DNA of 64,000 nt. It comes from a virus. The DNA lies in the IMG/VR virus record IMGVR_UViG_3300046542_000074, positions 37,376 through 101,375 of that record, one strand, 5' to 3'. The position numbers were made by a program, and so were the translations under genes. How positions within the stretch are numbered: position 1 is the stretch's first letter; each line of letters starts with the position of its first letter. Below, piece by piece: positions 54,437 through 62,291 of this stretch. A model generated the notes under the pieces. It was given only the letters and a program-made list of their open reading frames with translations, did not search any database and was not told the origin of the DNA.

Positions 54437-56156
54437 AGATATTATGGGTGAAGATATTGAGGAACTGCAACGTTTAGAGCAGTTGAGTAAGGAACGGAAA
54501 GAGTTGCAAGAAAAAGGGTATCTACCGTCGTGGTATACGACTCAGGGATATCAAATGTTCAAAGAAAAGTATCAGTACGACGGTGAAGAGGCTGTACTTG
54601 GTCGTCATACCAAGATCGCTCAGACTCTCGCCAAACACATGAAAGGTCGTGAACAAGAGTGGGAAGAGAAGTTCTTCCATGAACTGTGGGATGGTGTGCT
54701 GTCTCCTAGTTCCCCGGCGCTGGCTAACACTGGTACTGACCGTGGGATGATGGTTGCTTGTTCTGGTCAAGTGGTAGGGGATAGTGTAGAAGAGTTCTAC
54801 GACGGCATGAAAGAAACTGCACTGCTGTCTAAACAAGGTTTCGGTACTAGTGCAAACTTCAGTCACATCCGACCTCGTGGAAGCAAGATTTCTAAAGGTG
54901 GTAAGGCCAACGGTGCGGTACAGGTAATCAACCGTTACTTTGAGACTGTGTCTGATATCAGTCAAGGTGGTAAACGTCGTGGTTCGATTGGTGCTTACTT
55001 GGATATTGAACACGGAGACTGGGATGAAGCCTGTGACTCTCTGGCTCACGACCACAACGGTAAGAACTATGGTTGGATCGTTAAAGATACTTTCATTGAG
55101 AAGTTGAAGAACGATGATCCAGAAGCTAACCGACGTTGGATTAAGGCTGTATACACCAAGCTGATTACTGGCAAGGGTTACATCTTTAAAGTGGACTGTG
55201 CCAACCGTCATCGTCCAAAGATGTACAAAGACTGGAACTTGTTCATTGAAGCTTCCAACCTGTGTACTGAGATTATGCTACATAGTTCGGAAATGTTGAC
55301 TTACTCGTGTATTCTGGCTTCGTTGAACTTGGTACATTGGGATGCCATCCCTGAGCGGGAATCGGTGTTCATTGGTACTGTGTTCCTTGATTGTCTGTGT
55401 TCTGAGTTTATTGAGAAGTCTGCTGGTATTGCCGGACTGGAGAAGGTAAGAGAATTCACCATTAAAGGTCGTGCGATTGGTTTGGGTATTATGGGTTTCC
55501 ATACTTACTTGCAATCGAAAGGTATTCCTTACATTGGTTTGGAAGCTCAGTTCCTGTCTAACCAGATTGCCAAGCATATGCACGATGAATCGTTGCGTGC
55601 AAGTCAATGGTTGGCTCAAGAGTATGGTGAACCTGAGTGGTGTGCTGGTTATGGTGTTCGTAATACACACCGTACAGCGTATGCCCCAACTAAGACAACT
55701 AGCCTGCTAATGGGCGGTGTATCGGAGTCGTGGTTCCCTGATCCGGGTATGATCTTTGATGCTGGTAGTGCAGTTGGTGAGCTTCGTCGTATCCCGCCAA
55801 TCTTTTATAAGTTGATGAAAGATAAGGGTGTTTACAACGAAGAAACTATTCAAGACATTATCAACAACCTTGGTTCGGTGCAACACGTTGACTGGATGAC
55901 AGATGCTGAGAAACTTGTATTCCTTCATGCATATGAAATGGATCAAATGATTCTGCTTCGCCATGCGAGTCAGCGACAACGGCATACATGTCAAGGTCAA
56001 AGCTTGAACTTCTATGTACCAGAGGATGGTAGCGAGGATTTGATTGCGATCCTGTTGACAAAGCTATTGTTGGACGACAATGTAATCAGTCAATACTACA
56101 TCTACTCTCGCTCGGGTGTGGTGATTAAGGATGAATGTGTAGCATGTAGCGCGTAA
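54423..56156 (+). CDS. nrdA: Class I ribonucleotide reductase large subunit (short, no ATP cone)
   Basis: SNLCTEI, SCIL.SLNL, RAIGLG, APT, QGQSLN; C-terminal CVACS. Confidence 0.95.
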   Translation: MMLFEDIMGEDIEELQRLEQLSKERKELQEKGYLPSWYTTQGYQMFKEKYQYDGEEAVLGRHTKIAQTLAKHMKGREQEWEEKFFHELWDGVLSPSSPALANTGTDRGMMVACSGQVVGDSVEEFYDGMKETALLSKQGFGTSANFSHIRPRGSKISKGGKANGAVQVINRYFETVSDISQGGKRRGSIGAYLDIEHGDWDEACDSLAHDHNGKNYGWIVKDTFIEKLKNDDPEANRRWIKAVYTKLITGKGYIFKVDCANRHRPKMYKDWNLFIEASNLCTEIMLHSSEMLTYSCILASLNLVHWDAIPERESVFIGTVFLDCLCSEFIEKSAGIAGLEKVREFTIKGRAIGLGIMGFHTYLQSKGIPYIGLEAQFLSNQIAKHMHDESLRASQWLAQEYGEPEWCAGYGVRNTHRTAYAPTKTTSLLMGGVSESWFPDPGMIFDAGSAVGELRRIPPIFYKLMKDKGVYNEETIQDIINNLGSVQHVDWMTDAEKLVFLHAYEMDQMILLRHASQRQRHTCQGQSLNFYVPEDGSEDLIAILLTKLLLDDNVISQYYIYSRSGVVIKDECVACSA

Positions 56157-56162
56157 CAAGTC

Positions 56163-56196
56163 AAGCCCTGCACCTAACCGTGTGGGGCTTTTCTTT
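56163..56196 (+). terminator. Intrinsic terminator
   Basis: AAGCCCTGCAC-ctaacc-GTGTGGGGCTT-TTCTTT. Confidence 0.85.
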
Positions 56197-56211
56197 GTCT
56201 GAAATAAAGTG

Positions 56212-56240
56212 TTGACAGGGTGTTCTGGTTCACGCATAAT
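56212..56240 (+). promoter_or_regulatory. Sigma70 promoter
   Basis: TTGACA-17-CATAAT. Confidence 0.75.
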
Positions 56241-56273
56241 CCTCCCAACAAAATGAAACAAAGGAATTGACAG

Positions 56274-56567
56274 ATGATCCTAAACATGCAACAAGACTCC
56301 ACACGTAAATGGATCGCTTGTGTTGTGGCAGCCAGCGATGGTGTTCTCAGTAATAAGTTTAACCAGATGGTGAATGCTCCCGGTTGGAGTGATGAGACAA
56401 TTGACTTCCGTGTCACAATGAATGGTGTAGAATTCACCAATCTGGATGACATGTTTGATCGTCTTCACAAGCACTACACAGAACAGAATAATAAGATTCG
56501 TGAGTTAGAGGAAGCTCTGATTGACACTCCCTTTGATATCAAGGATACTGACGATGAACCAATTTGA
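56274..56567 (+). CDS. Hypothetical protein
   Basis: AAGGA RBS after the promoter. Confidence 0.65.
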   Translation: MILNMQQDSTRKWIACVVAASDGVLSNKFNQMVNAPGWSDETIDFRVTMNGVEFTNLDDMFDRLHKHYTEQNNKIRELEEALIDTPFDIKDTDDEPI

Positions 56568-56588
56568 AGAACTAAAGGAGAAACAACA

Positions 56589-56867
56589 ATGAGCATTAAC
56601 GTACAAGACGTATTCACTAAAGTAATGAACGCTGGTATTTACAGCGAAGGCCAACAAGAGCTGATGTGTCACGCACTACAGCAGGCTGCTTACGATGGTG
56701 TTATCACCGAAGCTGAGTGGTGTGCAGCACGAGGTGAGATTAACGGATACCTCCGTGGTTTTGGTTCTCTTGGTGGTTTTCTGGATAAGAATGGTCATCC
56801 GTTCTACTTCACGGACCGATTGGCTATCTACTTGGATTGGGCCAACAAACCAACCTTTAAGAAGTGA
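56589..56867 (+). CDS. Hypothetical protein (likely paralog of 33636..33950)
   Basis: AAGGAG RBS. Confidence 0.7.
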   Translation: MSINVQDVFTKVMNAGIYSEGQQELMCHALQQAAYDGVITEAEWCAARGEINGYLRGFGSLGGFLDKNGHPFYFTDRLAIYLDWANKPTFKK

Positions 56868-56877
56868 GTAGAAGCAA

Positions 56878-57210
56878 ATGAGTATAGTATTACCAGATTT
56901 CTTGGAAGACCTGATTAAAGCTGGCATCCAAGTCACGATTGAACAAAGCGACAAGTATGCGGATGGTTATTACTTTGACCTGAACCTTCAATCCAAGAGT
57001 CACATGCACTTGTTCCGTCACGAAGGTGGACAGTGGCGAGTGGACATGCGATATGGGGAAGAGTATGTCATTGAGGAATTCAGTGATTTGTTGTATTCCG
57101 CTAAGAAGGGAATGCACGGACGTGATTTTATCCACTACAAGTGGGAACAGTTGCTTGTTAAGCACGAATACCTTAAAGTACACATCACCACAACCAAGAG
57201 CTATTCCTAA
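56878..57210 (+). CDS. Hypothetical protein
   Basis: Operon context. Confidence 0.65.
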   Translation: MSIVLPDFLEDLIKAGIQVTIEQSDKYADGYYFDLNLQSKSHMHLFRHEGGQWRVDMRYGEEYVIEEFSDLLYSAKKGMHGRDFIHYKWEQLLVKHEYLKVHITTTKSYS

Positions 57211-57527
57211 TGAACAATGACAAACCAAAGATCCTAATACTTGGTTTTGAACCCGGTGTAAGTTATCACGACATCTGGAGCCATACTTCTCGTGGTAAGT
57301 CAATGGTGTTTGGTATGCTGAAAGGTCTTGAAGCTGAAGGTCTGGTTGAACTCGTGTATGATATCGAGGCATACGAACCAAACTTTGACAAGCTTGAGGA
57401 ACGCTGCACTCAGTTCTGGTTTGATGAGGCTACAAACCTCCAAGAATCGTTTGACATGCACACACCACTTACGTACAATTCGCTTCGTAAGCCTAAACCC
57501 TACTACCGACAAAAGGAGCGGTATTGA
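57210..57527 (+). CDS. Hypothetical protein
   Basis: Coupled TAATG overlap. Confidence 0.6.
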   Translation: MNNDKPKILILGFEPGVSYHDIWSHTSRGKSMVFGMLKGLEAEGLVELVYDIEAYEPNFDKLEERCTQFWFDEATNLQESFDMHTPLTYNSLRKPKPYYRQKERY

Positions 57528-57528
57528 C

Positions 57529-58659
57529 ATGAGTGTATTCCAACGAGCATCAGCTCAACCCTCAGTGTTGAAAGAAGTGAATGTCGGTTACGCAACTGAC
57601 ACAAACCCAGTCAACCTAAGCCCACTGAAGCCAAGTGTATTTGGTACACAGATGGTGGCTCCAACACAACTCCGTCAACTGACTGTCGTGTCTGATGATG
57701 ACATCGATAAGATTGGTGAAAGTGTTAGCCGTGAGATTGGGCAAACCACTCAAAAGATTATTGACAAGATGGCAGTGGGCAAGTTCGATGAGCTTGGTGC
57801 TATCCTGACAGCGATTAATGGTGAAGTGGATAAACTTGACCCAGCTTCGTTGCAGAAAGGTGGTGTTGTAGGTTGGTTCCAATCCAACTTCACAAACATG
57901 AAAGCAAAGTTGACAATGCGCCTCAAGTCTGCACAAGATGTCTTCACTGATCTTGAGGGTAAGATTGGTAATCACATCACTGTACAGCAAGAGTGGGTGC
58001 GTGATTTGGAACTGTTGTACAATGAAAACTATGCTCACTACCAAAAGATCAACGAAGAGAGTGTATCAGCTCAATCTCTTATTGACTATGTTGTGAATCA
58101 ACTGCAAACTTGGCCTGAGATTGATCTGAATGACAATACGGCTGCCATGCAAGTGCAGATGAAACGAGACGCTGAGACTCGCTTGAACCGTCTTCGTATG
58201 AAACTTGACAATCTTGGTCGCTTGCGTGTAATGACGGAAACCAACAGTCCAAAGATTCGCCAGCAACAGGATACAAGTCGGATGACTATCAGCACGTTGA
58301 AAGATGTGATTAGTCAGACGATCCCGATTGTCAAGATGGAATTTGCTATGTTCTTGCAAACACTGGACGTACAGAAGAGTGTAAGCCTGACAAATGAAGT
58401 ACGAAATCTTGCAACAAAGACGTTGACACAGGGTGCTGACAGCGCTAAGATAGCTGCCATCGAGAGTGCTAAGGCAATGAATACTTCGGTAATCACCACT
58501 GACACTCTTCAAACAATTCGTGCTCGTATGCTGGAAACAGTTGTCGAGGTTAAGCGGATTGAGAACACAGCTCAAGTGCAACGTGAGACTGATGCAAAAC
58601 TGATTCAAGATGGGCAAAAAAGTTTGTTGACAGCACTACAGCAAATGAATACAATTTAA
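57529..58659 (+). CDS. TelA/KlaB-family toxic anion resistance protein
   Basis: D.LG..L..I....LDP..L...G..GWF; L..LY.EN; R..Q.....L......TIP; AAGGAG RBS before ATG 57529. Confidence 0.82.
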   Translation: MSVFQRASAQPSVLKEVNVGYATDTNPVNLSPLKPSVFGTQMVAPTQLRQLTVVSDDDIDKIGESVSREIGQTTQKIIDKMAVGKFDELGAILTAINGEVDKLDPASLQKGGVVGWFQSNFTNMKAKLTMRLKSAQDVFTDLEGKIGNHITVQQEWVRDLELLYNENYAHYQKINEESVSAQSLIDYVVNQLQTWPEIDLNDNTAAMQVQMKRDAETRLNRLRMKLDNLGRLRVMTETNSPKIRQQQDTSRMTISTLKDVISQTIPIVKMEFAMFLQTLDVQKSVSLTNEVRNLATKTLTQGADSAKIAAIESAKAMNTSVITTDTLQTIRARMLETVVEVKRIENTAQVQRETDAKLIQDGQKSLLTALQQMNTI

Positions 58660-58681
58660 CACACCAACCAAGGAGCATGTC

Positions 58682-58888
58682 ATGAAAGAACACCAACAGA
58701 TGTTCTACTTTGATGCAGCTAACACCCAACCAAAGTTTGAAGACGCAGACAAGAACCACAAAGTTCTTGCCTACCATGTTGATGGTTTCTGGATGGAAGC
58801 TCGTTACACACAGGTACACCAGTACTCTGAATTCACCCACTGGATGCAGATGCCAAAAGCACCATCCGATAAAGACTTTACTTACTAA
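58682..58888 (+). CDS. DUF551-like small protein
   Basis: THWMQMPKAP C-terminal motif. Confidence 0.65.
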   Translation: MKEHQQMFYFDAANTQPKFEDADKNHKVLAYHVDGFWMEARYTQVHQYSEFTHWMQMPKAPSDKDFTY

Positions 58889-58902
58889 CTAAGGAGAAAT
58901 AA

Positions 58903-59547
58903 ATGGAACTGCTGAATCTGAACAAAACTCTGGAACTGAACCTCGTCAAAGCCGGTATCACTATCGTGCCAAAGATGGAAGTCAAGATGGCACTGGACAT
59001 TTCTGGTTCGATGGACGATGAAATTCGTTGCGGTTGGGCACAGGATACAGTAGACTTGCTGTTGGTTGCAGCGATGAAGTTTGACGACAACGGTAAGATG
59101 GAATTTGGTACATTCAATACCCAATTCAAACAACTGGCTGATGTCACTGAAGCTGATGCTGGTCGTTACATCCGTGACAAAGGCATTCGTGCAAATGGTG
59201 GTACTTGCTTTGCTGATGCGATCAAGGATCTGAAAGGTGGCTTCGCCAAGAAGGGTTTCTTTGGTTTTGGTGCTTCCAAACCACAACACCCGACTCACAT
59301 TGCACTGATCACTGACGGTGATAACTCCGACAAGCACGAGTTTGAAGCACAACTTCACTCTCTGGAAAACACCTTTGTGCAAATCATTGCCATCGGTACT
59401 GGTGTGAACAAGCGCTACATTGATCAAGTTGTGCAGCAATATAAGAACGTTGGTGTGGTGTACCTGCCTAACCCTCGTGAAGTAACTCCAGATGCTTTCT
59501 ATGAGAAACTTCTGAATGACAAGTTCAAAGCTTTCATCGGCGCATAA
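58903..59547 (+). CDS. vWA domain protein (Ter-associated)
   Basis: MIDAS LDISGSM, FDDNG, GGT, ITDG. Confidence 0.88.
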   Translation: MELLNLNKTLELNLVKAGITIVPKMEVKMALDISGSMDDEIRCGWAQDTVDLLLVAAMKFDDNGKMEFGTFNTQFKQLADVTEADAGRYIRDKGIRANGGTCFADAIKDLKGGFAKKGFFGFGASKPQHPTHIALITDGDNSDKHEFEAQLHSLENTFVQIIAIGTGVNKRYIDQVVQQYKNVGVVYLPNPREVTPDAFYEKLLNDKFKAFIGA

Positions 59548-59554
59548 ATAACAG

Positions 59555-59583
59555 TTGACACGGTAAGGGCTAGTCATTAGAAT
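59555..59583 (+). promoter_or_regulatory. Sigma70 promoter for the TerC-TerD genes
   Basis: TTGACA-17-TAGAAT. Confidence 0.8.
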
Positions 59584-59629
59584 AGCCCACAAGCCAAAAG
59601 GCTAGAACCCAAACAAACGGAGAAATAAA

Positions 59630-60319
59630 TTGGAATACGTACAAACCCTGCTGAGCACCATTGACTACTCAGCCATCCTCAAGATCGTAATGATTGACTT
59701 GCTATTGGGTATCGACAACGCTGTTGTTATCGCTCTGGCATGTGCAACACTGGCAGTAAGTGTACGAGGTAAAGCAATCTTTATTGGTACAGCAGGTGCT
59801 GTTATCCTGCGAGCAGTTCTTCTGGTGTTTGCCACCTTCTTGCTTGGTGTGCCATACTTGAAACTTGTAGCCGGTGCTTACCTCTTGTGGATTGGTTACA
59901 GTCTGCTGACAGCAAGTGATGATGGACATGAAGTGGAACAGAAAGATACAATCTTTGGTGCAGTATGGACTATCATTGTAGCTGACTTCATGCTCTCTCT
60001 GGATAACGTAATGGCAGTAGCCGGTGCAGCAAGTGGTACAGAACACAGTACAGTGTATGCAATTGCCGGTATCGTCTTCAGTATTCCAGTGATCATTTAC
60101 GGTGCTAAGTACCTGACCAATTGGATGGATAAGTACCCTGTAATTATCTGGATTGGTGCAGCAATGCTCGGTGTTGTAGGTGCTGAAATGTTCGTAAGTG
60201 ATCCACTGATGGCTGACTATGGGATTAACCATATCGTGGCTAAAATTGTAGGTGGTAGTGCAGTTGTAATCCCTGCATTCGTTGTTAAGAAGCTTTACAA
60301 GAAACCCGTGACGGCGTAA
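59630..60319 (+). CDS. terC: TerC-family (YjbE-like) integral membrane protein
   Basis: IDL.L..DNAVVIALA and TII.AD..LSLDNV.AVAGAA motifs; multiple TM segments. Confidence 0.92.
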   Translation: MEYVQTLLSTIDYSAILKIVMIDLLLGIDNAVVIALACATLAVSVRGKAIFIGTAGAVILRAVLLVFATFLLGVPYLKLVAGAYLLWIGYSLLTASDDGHEVEQKDTIFGAVWTIIVADFMLSLDNVMAVAGAASGTEHSTVYAIAGIVFSIPVIIYGAKYLTNWMDKYPVIIWIGAAMLGVVGAEMFVSDPLMADYGINHIVAKIVGGSAVVIPAFVVKKLYKKPVTA

Positions 60320-60373
60320 GCTGTCACTCCCAACCAAACATAAAGAACCAAATAAACCTTTAGGAGAAACAAA

Positions 60374-60952
60374 ATGGAGATGCTGAACTTGTCTAAGACT
60401 ACTATGATGCTTGACCTGACCAAAGCTGCACCGGGCCTGACCAAACTGCGTGGCGCACTTAACTGGGACGTACACCCACTGAAAAACAACGGACATGAGT
60501 TTGACTTGGACATTTTCATGTTCATCACTGGTGGCGGTAAAATTGGTTCTGCAAGTGACGTAGTGTTCTTCAACAACCAAAATGCTTACAACGGTGCAGT
60601 AGTGTACCCTCGTGATAACCGTAGCGGCGCTGACGTTGCTGGACAAGATGACGAAGAAGTGTTTGTTGAAATCGCTAAGATTCCAGCCAACAAAGATAAG
60701 GTTGAACACTTTGTCTTCCTGCATGATGCACAGGCTCGTGGTCAAGACTTCTCGGCAATTTCTGGTGGTAGTTTCTGCCTGTATGACCAGAACAACAAAC
60801 TGATTCAAGAGTACAAACTGCAACAATTCGTGAATGGTACTGTTCTGCATGTTGGTACTTTGACCCGGTTGTCTGGTGATTCGTGGGGCTTCCAACCAGT
60901 AGGTGAGGCTAACACCCTTGATCCAAACCAAGTAATGCAAGCGTTCATTTAA
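60374..60952 (+). CDS. terD: TerD-family protein
   Basis: FDLD, VFFNN, DNR.G....DDE, W.F..VG motifs. Confidence 0.92.
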   Translation: MEMLNLSKTTMMLDLTKAAPGLTKLRGALNWDVHPLKNNGHEFDLDIFMFITGGGKIGSASDVVFFNNQNAYNGAVVYPRDNRSGADVAGQDDEEVFVEIAKIPANKDKVEHFVFLHDAQARGQDFSAISGGSFCLYDQNNKLIQEYKLQQFVNGTVLHVGTLTRLSGDSWGFQPVGEANTLDPNQVMQAFI

Positions 60953-60970
60953 CACATAGCCCTACCTAAC

Positions 60971-60996
60971 AGCCCTCCCCAACCGGAGGGCTTTTT
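60971..60996 (+). terminator. Intrinsic terminator
   Basis: AGCCCTCC-ccaacc-GGAGGGCT-TTTT. Confidence 0.9.
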
Positions 60997-61023
60997 CGTG
61001 TCTGAAATAAATGAATAAAGTTG

Positions 61024-61052
61024 TTGACAGAGGTAGTTGCCAGTGTCATAAT
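61024..61052 (+). promoter_or_regulatory. Sigma70 promoter
   Basis: TTGACA-17-CATAAT with A-rich upstream element. Confidence 0.78.
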
Positions 61053-61082
61053 TCTCGGCACAAACAAGGAGATACAACTGAA

Positions 61083-61313
61083 ATGAGTAAGCTTAGTTAC
61101 AAAGAAATTGATCAGGCTCACGATGATATTGCTGTTGAAGACTTCCCTGATTTTGATCTACAATTCATTCCAGCAGAACACGATGAATGTGTGGAAGAAC
61201 CTTATGACTACTCACAAGATGACTGGTTGTTTGACGACTATTACCACGACTTGGAACCAGAATACGATGATCGTTATTATGATCCATACCCATACGAAGG
61301 AGAATACCTGTGA
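61083..61313 (+). CDS. Small, highly acidic Tyr-rich protein
   Basis: AAGGAG RBS; 76 aa with 26 D/E and 11 Y. Confidence 0.7.
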   Translation: MSKLSYKEIDQAHDDIAVEDFPDFDLQFIPAEHDECVEEPYDYSQDDWLFDDYYHDLEPEYDDRYYDPYPYEGEYL

Positions 61314-61702
61314 AAATTAATGCACAACTCAGCATCAACCGAAGTAGCCGTGATGTGATTACCCTTGAAGTGAACTGTGAAGATTCTCATACACGATTCC
61401 TTCAGATTGAGATGACACCACACGACTTTGCAATGATTATCACTGGCTTGAGTCGTTACAATTTGGAAGCCGAAGTGTTGGGGCTTGATCGTGTTGGCAA
61501 AGTACGAGTCCGTGAATCACGTTCAATTGTGATGCCTTCAAGTACATACAACCGGGATGAACAAGAGGCTTGGCTGAAAGAGAACGCACAAGAGGAAGGT
61601 TGGATTCTTGATCCAGCACTCCGTTCTCAAGGTAGTACAAGCAGTGTCAAAGATGGCACTAAACTGAATTACAGTGTTTATAAATTTGTGGAGAAAGAAT
61701 AA
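61310..61702 (+). CDS. Hypothetical protein
   Basis: AAGGAG RBS, GTG start. Confidence 0.7.
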   Translation: MKINAQLSINRSSRDVITLEVNCEDSHTRFLQIEMTPHDFAMIITGLSRYNLEAEVLGLDRVGKVRVRESRSIVMPSSTYNRDEQEAWLKENAQEEGWILDPALRSQGSTSSVKDGTKLNYSVYKFVEKE

Positions 61703-62073
61703 TGAAGCAGTTTAAAGTTGAAGACTTGAGAACAGGTATGCGTGTGGTGTACGAGTGCGGTATCGTCGGCTTGGTTATGAAAGACATCGGCGTTATCGCA
61801 ATGGCAAGACCACCCGTGATAGGTGAATGGGGTCAGTTTGGGTATAACTGTATTAAAGAAATCCAGTGCGAGTCAAACTCAGACTACGATATCATCAAAG
61901 TCTACGAAGGCTTCACCACTTGGGGTATACTTAACCTTGAGAGTCTTGGGAAGCTCTTGTGGAGTAGGGACTCTGAGAAAGACTTTACAGAACTTCGGAA
62001 GTTAGAAGAGGCACAGGAATTTCTTGAGGATAAAATCAAAGACTTGAAGACTAAACTAGGAGTGTTGGAATAA
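61702..62073 (+). CDS. Hypothetical protein (likely paralog of 63271..63684)
   Basis: DLRTGM.V...DI.KVY...LLW.R plus coiled coil. Confidence 0.7.
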   Translation: MKQFKVEDLRTGMRVVYECGIVGLVMKDIGVIAMARPPVIGEWGQFGYNCIKEIQCESNSDYDIIKVYEGFTTWGILNLESLGKLLWSRDSEKDFTELRKLEEAQEFLEDKIKDLKTKLGVLE

Positions 62074-62291
62074 TGGGTGTCATGTCCTGTAATCGGAGTG
62101 GTTGTGATCGTGTATGTTGCGACCACTACAGCAGTAACTACGGCTACCTGTGCTACGGGTGTCGAGAAGAGTTGAAGGACAAAGGCCCGTGTAATGTGGC
62201 TGAGTTCATGGCAACAGCGCCACGAAAGCTGTCAGACGATAAAGCTTGGAATCGTTATGTGGATGATGAGTTTGAATGGAGTCATGGCTGA
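62073..62291 (+). CDS. Small Cys-rich protein
   Basis: C.R.GC...CC...GYLC..C..EL. Confidence 0.65.
   Translation: MGVMSCNRSGCDRVCCDHYSSNYGYLCYGCREELKDKGPCNVAEFMATAPRKLSDDKAWNRYVDDEFEWSHG

Noticed and set aside
57328-57528. N-terminal extension of TelA
   Set aside because: Overlaps the upstream gene; the AAGGAG RBS supports ATG 57529.
59584-59629. yybP-ykoY Mn riboswitch before terC
   Set aside because: The leader is only ~40 nt, too short for the four-way junction.
59702-60955. Long antisense ORFs (also 4348..5604, 42752..43756, 1485..2279, 8752..9603)
   Set aside because: They mirror strongly codon-biased real genes, lack RBSs and show no protein-like motifs; shadow ORFs.
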